A stretch of DNA of 64,000 nucleotides from Lingula anatina (taxonomy: Eukaryota > Animalia > Brachiopoda): positions 6,138,001 through 6,202,000 of the forward strand of contig JBPQGU010000016.1 of the NCBI GenBank assembly GCA_051362555.1, written 5' to 3'. The translations under genes and the position numbers were made by a program. This document shows positions 38,648 through 51,200 of this stretch, in pieces (position 1 is the first letter of the stretch; each line of letters opens with the position of its first letter). The notes under the pieces were generated by a model. The model ran no database searches, had not been told where the DNA came from, and was given only the letters and a program-made list of their open reading frames with translations.

Positions 38648-39528
38648 AATAGAAGCCACTGCTTCTACGTCCTCGGGAAAAACGGCCCTTTTCAGGGCCA
38701 CCCATTTCTACCAGGAAAAGCCAAACCTGAATGTTCAAATAGAGCGCAAAAATGCAAATAAAAGGCGAGATGCCTTCCCCACACTTATTTATAATCAATA
38801 AAGAAAAGAAAAGTCATTCTGGAGATAAAGCAAAATGCCATAATCTCACTTAGACCAAATTTTAAACACTTACAGGGCACGATCGACTTATAAGACACAA
38901 ACATCGCAAATAAAAGGCGAGATGATATCTCAGTTTATTTATAAGCAACAAGGAAAAAGCCTTCCAAAATTAAAAGAGGTGCCCGAAACCTATACAGACC
39001 ATCCCGGCAAATGAAAATTCAGTGTTAACACGCAAATGCACAGCATAAGAATACTAATAAATTTGATCCGAGGTTAAAAAACCTTGCCAAAAATGAAACC
39101 AAATAAACTACATCTAAACAGATAGGATCAAGATACACCACGAGAACAGCCAATCAAAACTCATAACTGAAACAACCAATCAGATCGCGGCCTCGTTCTC
39201 GATTTGACACAATTTCAACAAATCCTCAGTCGACCTCCGACTCTTGAGCCATTCACACGCTCGATTCATACCGTCCACTTTGACACAAGCGAGACACTTG
39301 TGATCAAGCATGTTACTATAAAGCCGAGATGGCTTGTATCATTCACAATGGCGAGACACCATTGATGAAAATCACTAAACAAAGCATGATACTTAAAAGC
39401 CGAGATGGCCCGTATCATCCACAATGGCGAGACACCATTGATGAAAACTTACTAAACAAAGGCGAGACACCTTTGCTTACCAGCCCTTACGTCCCTAAAT
39501 TTTTCCTTTTTTTTCTTGAATCGGACTC

Positions 39529-39573
39529 TGCAGCTGATGAAGGTCACTTGTTGACCGAAAAGCGCTTTCTGCA
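39529..39573 (+). ncRNA. Minimal hammerhead ribozyme (unit 6)
   Basis: Identical to 26654-26698. Confidence 0.85.
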
Positions 39574-40592
39574 ACCAGTCCACCCTCCCCCTTCCCTCGA
39601 CAGGCGAGACGCCTCTATTGTGCCAATCACGAAATGCCCTTTTCAGGGCCCCCTGTGTAGATCGGTATCTATAAATCTCATACGAAGTAGGCGAGACACC
39701 TACTCTCTTATATTTAGACGCTCTTTCCCTATAATAAAGGCGAGAAGCCTAACACACTCTAAGAGTCGCTCTCTACTCAGCACGGAATGTCCTTTTCAGG
39801 GCACCCTACATATATAAGTGACTATGTATCTCATACCAGGCAGGCGAGACACCTACCTTCCTATCTAAGACAAGTGGTTCTCATAATAAAGGCGAAAAGC
39901 CTAACACACTCTAAGAGCCGCTGTCTACTCTGCAAGGGGCGCTGTAAAAATACACGTCCTCAGAGGCCCAGCTCTGAATCGTGTTATTCTGGTAAAGTGG
40001 AATCTAACTAGGTCATGAGCCCACCACCCCCAACACTTAAGCTATTTGGCCCTGGGGCCGGCCGCAATGTGGGACTGTCCGAACCGGGAACCGTCCCTTA
40101 ACACTGGTTATTTTGTAGCTAGTGTTTTGGGTACTGGCGTGACGGGGTTTTTTCTGCTTTATCAGAACACGCCTTAACCTACGGATCACAAGAAACAAAA
40201 TGATCTATGTACCTAAATACACGAACATATGATAATGATAATCACATACCACGTAGGCGAGACAACTACGTTCCTATTACTCACTAGGGAACAATAGTAA
40301 TAATCAAGAAAACCTGACAAACAACCACTAAAACCAAAATTTACACTTGTCGGGGGATTCTGTGCATACATTCTTGAATAGTCAAGACATAAGACACCGG
40401 ACAATGGCTTGACAATCAGCCAATCACAAAGCTCCTTAATGACACACTTTTAGAACCAACGGGAAGCACACAACACCACATAGCTCCTTAACGTCGGTGC
40501 TCCCCTCAGCAGGGTGTATACTTAAAGCAGCACACTCTCAATGGAAGGCATAAGTCTGGCAATACAGCAATTTCTTTCACAACGCGCTCACT

Positions 40593-41222
40593 ATGTATCA
40601 TCAAACAAGTATCAGAGGAAAACGATCTCCTAGGGAATGGAAAAAACCTAGAAAAATGGAATCAAAAAACTGGCATAGCACTGCACCACCCAGGGGGAGA
40701 ATCCCCAAGAGACCGGCGCCAATTACAGCCGGCCCCCCAGGAGTCAACGGCAACCCCTACCACGACGAAGTCGTCAGAACAAAAGCTTACCTGAAAGGCT
40801 GCTCTGACTGGGCGGATCACATGCTCACACAACTCAGCAACAACGCCCACCATGTCAGATGCCGTGTAGACTTCAGGGGGTGCCCTGATGACGACATCCT
40901 TCTGGCAGCAATGATCAACATACAAGACAAGGCCGCAACGGAGCTTAAATCCGCGATCGAGGCCCACACGCAAGCTTTCGTAGACAAAGCTAAGGAAAGC
41001 TTAGCAAAGGCAGAAGAGAGGGAATCCAGGGCGGAAGAGCACTTCAACATCCACGGCGTGTACACGCCAGGAAACCAACCCTCTACTTCAACGACCACAA
41101 ACAACCAGATCATGGAGCAAATGAGACTCCTCATTCTCGCCATGAAGGACAAGAAGAAGAGCCGCGTGCTAGCCAGCAAAGTGAAACGAAGACTAACCTC
41201 AGCCAAGAAAACTACACTGTAA
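40593..41222 (+). CDS. 209-aa basic/coiled-coil protein (unit 6)
   Basis: Repeat copy. Confidence 0.7.
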   Translation: MYHQTSIRGKRSPREWKKPRKMESKNWHSTAPPRGRIPKRPAPITAGPPGVNGNPYHDEVVRTKAYLKGCSDWADHMLTQLSNNAHHVRCRVDFRGCPDDDILLAAMINIQDKAATELKSAIEAHTQAFVDKAKESLAKAEERESRAEEHFNIHGVYTPGNQPSTSTTTNNQIMEQMRLLILAMKDKKKSRVLASKVKRRLTSAKKTTL

Positions 41223-42103
41223 AATAGAAGCCACTGCTTCTACGTCCTCGGGAAAAACGGCCCTTTTCAGGGCCACCCATTTCTACCAGGAAAAGCCAAA
41301 CCTGAATGTTCAAATAGAGCGCAAAAATGCAAATAAAAGGCGAGATGCCTTCCCCACACTTATTTATAATCAATAAAGAAAAGAAAAGTCATTCTGGAGA
41401 TAAAGCAAAATGCCATAATCTCACTTAGACCAAATTTTAAACACTTACAGGGCACGATCGACTTATAAGACACAAACATCGCAAATAAAAGGCGAGATGA
41501 TATCTCAGTTTATTTATAAGCAACAAGGAAAAAGCCTTCCAAAATTAAAAGAGGTGCCCGAAACCTATACAGACCATCCCGGCAAATGAAAATTCAGTGT
41601 TAACACGCAAATGCACAGCATAAGAATACTAATAAATTTGATCCGAGGTTAAAAAACCTTGCCAAAAATGAAACCAAATAAACTACATCTAAACAGATAG
41701 GATCAAGATACACCACGAGAACAGCCAATCAAAACTCATAACTGAAACAACCAATCAGATCGCGGCCTCGTTCTCGATTTGACACAATTTCAACAAATCC
41801 TCAGTCGACCTCCGACTCTTGAGCCATTCACACGCTCGATTCATACCGTCCACTTTGACACAAGCGAGACACTTGTGATCAAGCATGTTACTATAAAGCC
41901 GAGATGGCTTGTATCATTCACAATGGCGAGACACCATTGATGAAAATCACTAAACAAAGCATGATACTTAAAAGCCGAGATGGCCCGTATCATCCACAAT
42001 GGCGAGACACCATTGATGAAAACTTACTAAACAAAGGCGAGACACCTTTGCTTACCAGCCCTTACGTCCCTAAATTTTTCCTTTTTTTTCTTGAATCGGA
42101 CTC

Positions 42104-42148
42104 TGCAGCTGATGAAGGTCACTTGTTGACCGAAAAGCGCTTTCTGCA
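42104..42148 (+). ncRNA. Minimal hammerhead ribozyme (unit 7)
   Basis: Identical to 26654-26698. Confidence 0.85.
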
Positions 42149-43167
42149 ACCAGTCCACCCTCCCCCTTCCCTCGACAGGCGAGACGCCTCTATTGTGCCA
42201 ATCACGAAATGCCCTTTTCAGGGCCCCCTGTGTAGATCGGTATCTATAAATCTCATACGAAGTAGGCGAGACACCTACTCTCTTATATTTAGACGCTCTT
42301 TCCCTATAATAAAGGCGAGAAGCCTAACACACTCTAAGAGTCGCTCTCTACTCAGCACGGAATGTCCTTTTCAGGGCACCCTACATATATAAGTGACTAT
42401 GTATCTCATACCAGGCAGGCGAGACACCTACCTTCCTATCTAAGACAAGTGGTTCTCATAATAAAGGCGAAAAGCCTAACACACTCTAAGAGCCGCTGTC
42501 TACTCTGCAAGGGGCGCTGTAAAAATACACGTCCTCAGAGGCCCAGCTCTGAATCGTGTTATTCTGGTAAAGTGGAATCTAACTAGGTCATGAGCCCACC
42601 ACCCCCAACACTTAAGCTATTTGGCCCTGGGGCCGGCCGCAATGTGGGACTGTCCGAACCGGGAACCGTCCCTTAACACTGGTTATTTTGTAGCTAGTGT
42701 TTTGGGTACTGGCGTGACGGGGTTTTTTCTGCTTCATCAGAACACGCCTTAACCTACGGATCACAAGAAACAAAATGATCTATGTACCTAAATACACGAA
42801 CATATGATAATGATAATCACATACCACGTAGGCGAGACAACTACGTTCCTATTACTCACTAGGGAACAATAGTAATAATCAAGAAAACCTGACAAACAAC
42901 CACTAAAACCAAAATTTACACTTGTCGGGGGATTCTGTGCATACATTCTTGAATAGTCAAGACATAAGACACCGGACAATGGCTTGACAATCAGCCAATC
43001 ACAAAGCTCCTTAATGACACACTTTTAGAACCAACGGGAAGCACACAACACCACATAGCTCCTTAACGTCGGTGCTCCCCTCAGCAGGGTGTATACTTAA
43101 AGCAGCACACTCTCAATGGAAGGCATAAGTCTGGCAATACAGCAATTTCTTTCACAACGCGCTCACT

Positions 43168-43796
43168 ATGTATCATCAAACAAGTATCAGAGGAAAACGA
43201 TCTCCTAGGGAATGGAAAAAACCTAGAAAAATGGAATCAAAAAACTGGCATAGCACTGCACCACCCAGGGGGAGAATCCCCAAGAGACCGGCGCCAATTA
43301 CAGCCGGCCCCCCAGGAGTCAACGGCAACCCCTACCACGACGAAGTCGTCAGAACAAAAGCTTACCTGAAAGGCTGCTCTGACTGGGCGGATCACATGCT
43401 CACACAACTCAGCAACAACGCCCACCATGTCAGATGCCGTGTAGACTTCAGGGGGTGCCCTGATGACGACATCCTTCTGGCAGCAATGATCAACATACAA
43501 GACAAGGCCGCAACGGAGCTTAATCCGCGATCGAGGCCCACACGCAAGCTTTCGTAGACAAAGCTAAGGAAAGCTTAGCAAAGGCAGAAGAGAGGGAATC
43601 CAGGGCGGAAGAGCACTTCAACATCCACGGCGTGTACACGCCAGGAAACCAACCCTCTACTTCAACGACCACAAACAACCAGATCATGGAGCAAATGAGA
43701 CTCCTCATTCTCGCCATGAAGGACAAGAAGAAGAGCCGCGTGCTAGCCAGCAAAGTGAAACGAAGACTAACCTCAGCCAAGAAAACTACACTGTAA
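43168..43796 (+). pseudogene. Frameshifted copy of the 209-aa ORF (unit 7)
   Basis: CTTAATCC instead of CTTAAATCC at ~43522, a 1-nt deletion; either a mutation or a sequencing error. Confidence 0.7.
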
Positions 43797-43904
43797 AATA
43801 GAAGCCACTGCTTCTACGTCCTCGGGAAAAACGGCCCTTTTCAGGGGTATTTTTGTGAATTTATGAAATTTTTGTAAGTTCATTGTTAAATGGTGAATGA
43901 CAGC

Positions 43905-44420
43905 AGTCAGAAGGTTCACTGGTCTGATAGTTTGATGATGCCAACATCCAATGGTTCAAAAGGTTCAGTAGTCAGAAGGTTCATTGGTCTGATATTGTTT
44001 AATGATGCCAAGATCCAATGGTTTAAAAGGTTCAATAGTCAGAAGGTTCATTGGTCTGATAGTTAGATGATGCCAAGATCCAATGGTTTAAAAGGTTCAA
44101 TAATCAGAAGGTTCATTGGTCTGATAGTTTGATGATGCCAAGATCCAATGGTTTAAAAGGTTCAATAGTCAGAAGGTTCATTGGTCTGATAGTTTGATGA
44201 TGCCAAGATCCAATGGTTCAAAAGGTTTTATAATAGTCAGAAGGTTCATTGGTCTGATAGTTTGATGATGCCAAGATCCAATGGTTCAAAAGGTTTTATA
44301 ATAGTCAGAAGGTTCATTGGTCTGATAGTTTGAAGATGTAAATGTCCAGCTGTTCCAAAGGTGTGCTAGTCAGAAGGTTCACTTGCATGAGGTTTCATTG
44401 GTTCAGAGGTTGTATAGTCT
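43905..44420 (+). repeat. ~64-66 bp minisatellite, about 7 copies
   Basis: Repeated AGTCAGAAGGTTCATTGGTCTGATAGTTTGATGATGCCAAGATCCAATGGTT. Confidence 0.9.
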
Positions 44421-44943
44421 GAGAGTAGGAATTGTGTAGGGGAGTCAGGGGCTAGTTGGCCCACTTAGACACTTTTGGTCTTGTAGAGACAACTAGGAAT
44501 GAGTTATAAATGCTATAAATGCAATGTCATAATTTTTTTAAAATAATTCCAGGTGGAACACAATTAAACAAAAACCACATGTGACGTCAGGGGGGCTGGG
44601 GCAAGTTGACTCCCTACCCTAATAAATACAGTTTTTATTCCGCGTTAATGACATTAAATGCACTTTTACACATTCTTATTATATTAAGTTGAATTTTTAG
44701 AGTCTTTGCTGAATCAGTAGTTCAAATGAGGCAGACTTATTAAGGTTTCTGTGTGTTATATCATTACTTTGCATACGTAGAAAAATATAACAGGAGCCCA
44801 AATATTTTTGATTCAAACATTTTTATTTTGAAATAAACAAATAATGGTATAAAACATGTTTTTTATGAATGCTAACAAATAATTAACTCTTGTTATAAAA
44901 GTAAGTAACAATTTCAACCTTTAACTGGTATTAAATGCACAAC

Positions 44944-45199
44944 TTAGGGACCATTCCCACAGATATTTGGATTGATCTTTCTCCCTGGGGAGTCTCACTA
45001 AATTGCTATCAAACTGACTGGTTTAAACATCTGTCACTCCTTGTAAAACTGTTAGGGGGTAATTATCTTTACCCCTAGCTGATTCGGTAGGCGTGACAGA
45101 CATTTGAACCTCTTGAGCTGATAGCAATTTAGCATGAACCCCCAGGGAGTTAGGTCGATCCAGATGGATCGATCTAAGTATGGGAACCCAGTCCTAAAT
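44944..45199. mobile_element. MITE-like element, inverted copy of 7249-7500
   Basis: Reverse-complement similarity across ~250 bp. Confidence 0.7.
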
Positions 45200-45699
45200 G
45201 TTGACTTTGTTTTAATATCAGATTCATAATATTATCAAATGTAGTTTCGGCCTTCTGGTTTGCGTTCTTCATTTGACCAATTCAAACTACAAATACATCA
45301 ATTTAAAAGAAACAAATAATGGTTTAAAACTACTTTTCAAACATATAATAAACTCTTGTTTCTAAAGAAACTAACAAATTCAATCTTAAATTGGTATTCA
45401 ATTCTCAAACCCTTTACTTTGTTTGAACTGTGAGCTTCAGCTCATTGCTTTTAACATTCAAACAACAGGTGCACAATTATCACAAATGTATTTTTGGTTT
45501 CCTGGTGTGCGTCGCTCTTCATGTATACGTAGCCAATTCAAACAACAAATTCTCTTATTTCAAACAGACTAACATGAATAATGGTATTAATGGGTTTTTA
45601 ACAAATAATAGCAAATAAACACGTTTCAATGGTAATTTACAATATCAACCTTATACTGGTATTAGTTTCATAAATCCTTGTCTTTGTTTTAACAAAAAA

Positions 45700-46260
45700 G
45701 ATTCACAGTTATCACATATGTAGTTTTGGTCTCGTGGTGTGCATTCTTCATGTGACCAATTCAAACAACGGATACATCTAACCCATGTTTCAGCAGCTTT
45801 ACTATTAGTAAATGGTTCTCCACATACTAAACATTCAGCATCTTGCTCTTGCTACTTGATTCTCCTTTTAACTGGTTTTGTACGTCTCTTCATTCTTTTG
45901 GTTTTGAGTTCAGTCTCAGTGGCCAGTTTGTGCAATTTGTGGAAACAGTGTGGAGGGAAAAAAAGCATGACTATGCCATTTTCTCTTGCTAGATTAAGTG
46001 CTGAGACACCTAGATGGGATTCATGGTTATCTAAGAGTAATGAAATGATGCATAATATTCAAAAAATTTTCTTCTGTCATCCAGCCAGATCTGTGGGCCG
46101 CTCCTGAAGAACCATTCGGGGCCCCTCTCAGAAAATGCCTGAAAATTAACTCTGGGGAATATAAAAAATGGTGGTATGGATTGGCCCCCTGCATTTACTG
46201 CTGCAGTTAATGTTACCAACTGCCCTCTCTCTACAAACACCAGTGTTCCAACTTGCAACA
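45700..46260 (-). pseudogene. pogo-like DDE_1 transposase remnant with a PHD-like tail
   Basis: Encodes ERGQLVTLTAAVNAGGQSIPPFFIFPRVNF, then frameshifted GWMT and DNHESHL motifs, and a WVRCIRCLNWSHEEC-like tail. Internal deletions are present. Confidence 0.75.
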
Positions 46261-47206
46261 GTGTTTAATGGAGCTATAATAACAATCATACAAATAGACG
46301 GACATTAGACTTTCCTGACTAAATTAATTCTATCTCAGTGTCTCACTCAAGCTTCTTGCTGGAACTTGGGAAGTGCCTGTGTTATGAAAAGTTGTTGGAC
46401 TGGATTCAACAATCTCTAAATTGATGCAATCTGAATTGTCACCATAAATCATCACTGTCAATATATTTGGCAGATCTTAGGTATTGGTATCAAGGCTCAC
46501 AGATACCCCAAACTTCCAAAGAGAACAAAACTTACCCAAACGGAAACATAAACATTCTGGTTGTGGTTGTAAAGTGCTTTCCATGGCAGTAAGCTTATTC
46601 TTGGGTGACTGTTACAGAATTTCTAATAATTAACAGAAGCGGTAAAGATATCTCATTACTAGTACTTCAGATGAAATATGGGCTTTTACTGAGGGAAAGG
46701 AACAAGAAAAAAAGACATTATTCAGGGATTACTCTGTAAAAATGAGTATGATGAAAGAAAATTCCATTTGTCTGGAAGTGATGGAATTATTTCTCGCAGG
46801 TTCTCCGTGCAATGAGATTTATCAAGAAATTTAATTTTTAAAAAAATTGTCAGGGATCTTCCTGAGTCAAAATCTGGTGGGCCACTTGGTCATAATTTAT
46901 TACATTTCAGTGGTTAGTAAAAATTTATTATATTTCAATGTTTTTATATGATAAAAAACACTGAAAAAAGACATGCTACTAAATCTTTTATTAAAGAAAA
47001 AGAAATTTTCAAAGTATAATTACAAGGTTGGTTGTTTTTTCCATACATTTTTTGAACATTCATCGGGTCTGTTAGTTTAAAGACAAAATGTTGATGGTTG
47101 TTAGGTGAACGTGTTATCACTGAAAGTGTACAGCCACTATGGCGATGGCAATGACACAGTCTCCTAATGTATAGTAAACAATACCCTCTCTTTCATATTT
47201 CGCCAT

Positions 47207-47650
47207 TTAACAATGGCACTTAAAATCAAAATGAATCAGTTCACCCCCTTCCATCATGACCCTCATCAACATGTCACAATTTTCACTCGATAATCTGTTT
47301 CTAAGAGGTGATGTCACACGATTTTGAGAGCTAAATGCTCTTTCACAGTCAGCTGTATGAACTGGATGGGAGAGAGCATGGGCTGCAATCTTAACAAGAT
47401 AAGGGAAGCTCTGGCTGTGATACTGCATCAGAATGTTCCAAAGAGAGACCAAGGAGTGTCTTGGATACTTCTGTTGGATAACAAGCTGGATAACAAGCTG
47501 CTTTAGCTTAGCCCATTCCTCTCTGGCATCATCTGCATCCACAATGGCTGAAGAAGTAGTAGTGACAGATACATTATCTTTGTCTTTAAAGACTTGACTT
47601 TTGCCCTTGCCAAAATATTCCAGTAGATACTCTAGGCTGTCATTGCCCCA
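47207..47650 (-). pseudogene. hAT transposase C-terminal dimerization-domain remnant (ZNF862-like)
   Basis: FPYLVKIAAHALSHPVHTADCERAFSSQNRVTSPLRNRLS matches the hATC consensus (ERxFS..R.RL). Confidence 0.8.
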
Positions 47651-47759
47651 GTCAGAAGCGAAATTTTATTCACATATTTTCAAAATTTTCCAGGGGTATT
47701 AATTCCTAAAAATCCTGGTGGATTCTCAATCATAAAAGAAGAACAAAATGGAGGCATAA

Positions 47760-48262
47760 AACTTTTTCCATTGTAAATTTTCCAGAATATATGTGCCGTT
47801 TGGCTTCTTCACCACTATTGTGTATGTCCCCATACACCTTGGGGCAGCTTTGTCCCCCTTTCTATCTTCCCTTTTGAGGTTTTTCTTTAACACTTTACTT
47901 CCAATCTGAAAGTCCTTCTTGAAAAATATAAAAAATGATATGTATTAGCGATGGTTAAAATGAATCTATGCCACACACCAGTGATACTACGTACTATAAA
48001 GGAAATTACACAATGTCAATGTATTTGATAAAGATGTAGATTTTCTGTGAAAATAATACAATACTAAAGTTTTTAAACCTTAGTGAATCATTAGCAAGAA
48101 ATTAATTCCTACCTCACTCTGGTGTCTCAAGTCATAATATTTTGTGCTTTTCTTGGGCAGTACAGATGTTCTTCTGTGCTGCATGCCTGACTATATTGTG
48201 GTGGTGGCATAGTTTCTACCCTGGATAACTGGTCATGTTGAACAGGAAACTCACACTTCTTG
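47760..48262 (-). pseudogene. Integrase C-terminal (GPY/F-module) remnant split by a GT-AG intron; Ginger-like
   Basis: Reads AAQKNICTAQEK..YYDLRHQSE, then an intron at 47918-48112, then KDFQIGSKVLKKNLKREDRKGDKAAPRCMGTYTI..NGTYIL. A frameshift is present. Confidence 0.6.
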
Positions 48263-51200
48263 CAGGCTGTAAAGTTTATGTTGATATATAGACACACTTT
48301 TCTTTTAAAATTCTTTTCACCTGATCAAAATGATTACTTTAATTTGCAGTGCATGATTGTCAATAAGTCTGTAGTTTCTGAAAATGTTGTTTTGCTGATA
48401 TATGCAAATTGTCAAAGTTGCTTATCCATGCATTTTTGTCCATAACAAATCTTGGTAGGATTCCCAGGATACTGAATGCAGCTGACCATTAGAAACACAT
48501 TTTTTATTTTAAGCACTTTCAAATCTTTTGTTATACCTTGTTTTCCATTGCTAATTCAATGAGACATTCACACTTGAAATTTTCAGGCTCACTAGGGGGT
48601 TCTTGATCCTCTGGTGTATTTGTCTTGGAATATAGTTTTTTTTTCTTACATGCCTAACCTGATCTGGCAAAGTTGTCTGAAAGATTTTAACAGGGACATT
48701 TAATCTCACTGAATCAGTGAGAGCTTTACAGTGCAAGGGTATGCAATGGTTAGGTTTAAGTGCCAGTTTTTTTAAGCACCAGACAAGTGCGGCAAGGTGA
48801 GGGTTCACAAAATTTGACCTTATTGGGCTGAAATACTTGCCCTTTTAACTTCTGCCAAACATTAAGCCCCAAAACCGTATTTCAAGGGATTTATGCCCAA
48901 TTTTTTATTTTTCCGGCTTTCGAAGCAGATTTTCAGTCAGCAGCCATGCAACTCATATATATGCTTATTTCCCCCTTATCTAGCTATATATTTACAATAT
49001 TCCTATATAATATTTTTTGTCAATCAATATTCTTCCTCCCAAGACATTCAAACAAAAAATATCACCCACCTAGTCCATACTGTACCCACATTTTGCACCC
49101 CACCCCCCAAAACCATATTTGAGCATGGCGATTTTCAAAGAGTAGAGGTCCATTGGTAGAGGTCCTATGACTGTAAAACCTTTGTGTTTATAAAGGAACA
49201 TTAGGGTGATAAAATACAAAAGAGATCTTCATGGACTTTTATTTTGTTGGAGATATATTGATGTCTGAAAATGTAAGAATTTAGATTGGTGTTGCTCTTA
49301 TCTTGGCCAGTAATACCTGCTCAATTCCTATAATCATGGCAAATTTAAACAGTATACTTTACAAAAGAAGGTAATGTCCCTCTATCAAAGCCTACTTTTG
49401 AAAATTTAAACCTCCATTTTTATATTTTGGTCATTTGTTACTGAAATTTATGTAGCACCGGTCAAGATGTTAACCATTTTCAAGCGGCAAGTTTCTATCC
49501 TTTGCTCAAGTGCTTATATAGCCATTGTTCAACCAGCAGTGCATTTTCTATAATGCTATGGCATACAATATTAATTAAAAATAAGATAAGCCTAAAATCT
49601 TTATTAATTGAGAAGAGAAAACAACAAACAACCGACGTTTTTGTATATGTTATTACTTTATAACATTTTATCCGGGAATAAATTTATACAAGATACTGGA
49701 GCTTATTTTAGTAATTTAGGCACTGATTCACGTTGGAACTGATTTAAACAGTCTTTAATGAAAATCGAAACTCTGGGAAGCGAGATTTGACTGGTATGTT
49801 TTACGATGAAATAGCCTGAAAATAGGAAGATTTGCGTTGCTGGTGCTCTACCAGTGGAGATATTAGGCTATATGTAGGGTGGGTATCTGAAAGAAGCATC
49901 AATTGACCCCAAATGAACTCGATAGTTTGTAACCATAGCCACGAAATTATGATAAAATTTTCTGTTGTTATAAAGATTATTTATCAATCTTTCAAATATA
50001 GTAAAGATCGAAGTAATGTACCGAACAAATCGTGCATTTTGTAGAGTAAATTTGAGGGAAAATGCATCACTCACACAGCTGAAAAGTTAAGCGGACTCTC
50101 CGCGTGAGGGTTAAATATGCATGGGGCTGTATCTCGGTAAAAACGCAACGCAAAGCTTTACTATTTCACACATTTAATAAAGTCATAAAGATGATTCACT
50201 GTGAGTAATATGAGTATATTCTGTGAGAACCCAACCTTGCCACTTTCTGGCTGATTTGTCAGGTAGTTAGAAAAACTTGCACTTAAATCCCATACAGATC
50301 AATTACATTTCTCATATTTAAGTTTTCAAGATAAATTAATTATTCAGCATTTTTACTACTGCCAGGGAAATTATGTTTTGACATTGTGAGATATGGATAT
50401 TATTGCATGCTCTCTTAGTTCCCACCATTTCTATAAATACACTGCCGTTCCTCTTTTCTTGGAAATAAAAGGAACACAGTTTAAATCATTTTTCTATAAT
50501 AATTATCATTATCTGTGATACTTCACTTTTGAGGTTATGAAGGTTTGCCTTCTGCAGTGCTTGATGCTGGGACAATTTGTGATATAATTCCACCTGAATT
50601 GTTCTGATACAATCCAAATGGTTTTCATCACACTCCTGAAGAAGCTGCTGGCAGGCCACTCGAAGATGGTGTCCTCCAAGTGAAACTATTTTGTAAGTTG
50701 GCAGTTTTGCCTCATCAAAGTCTGCATCGCTCAGCAAAAGACATGGCAAGATGACTGTAATTTACTGGAGATGCCTTTAATCCCTTCTTAATTTCTTTCA
50801 CCCAAGTTGGATCAATTTTTCTGCACATAAGGTTTTCTGGTGGATCTGTTATGGTCAAGATGCTTATTTCATACCTTCCTGTAAATGAAAACAAGAGGAC
50901 AAAATTAGAGACAATAATACCAAACTGAATACACTGAGTACCTAAGATAAATCATTTTATGGTCCATCACAGTCCTCATTCTGACATTAAATAATTCCAT
51001 TACATTCTCAAACTAACACATACAAGTTCTAACATCCAACACATATAATGACAGTCTCCTGTTTTGAGGGAGACTGTGTTCTCTGAACTATGTTAACATA
51101 CGTATATATAAATTATGTTAATTATGTGTGCAAGGTGCAGACAATTCAATATGACATACATGAATTTACCCTCCCTTCTTTTTCACATATCAACATTTTG

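Larger units (their letters stand above)
26083..43846 (+). mobile_element. Head-to-tail array of ~6.9 copies of a 2575-bp non-autonomous Penelope-like/retrozyme-like element
   Basis: ORF starts recur exactly every 2575 bp (27718, 30293 ... 43168). Each unit has one hammerhead, and no RT or GIY-YIG motif was found in any ORF. The family assignment is inference. Confidence 0.8.

Noticed and set aside
26083-43846. rDNA, histone or snRNA gene cluster, or CRISPR interpretation of the array
   Set aside because: No rRNA, histone or snRNA similarity was recognised, and there is no repeat-spacer structure because whole units are identical.
43905-44420. Possible hammerhead in the 64-bp minisatellite (CTGATAG, GATGA)
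   Set aside because: There is no CUGANGA..GAAA core with flanking stems.
48790-50113. Possible piggyBac-like element ending in GGGTTAA
   Set aside because: No convincing left TIR or TTAA partner and no transposase remnant were found.
50486-50880. Possible minus-strand exon or ORF fragment
   Set aside because: It is broken by stops or frameshifts and has no recognisable domain. It may belong to a neighbouring transposon remnant, but this cannot be supported.
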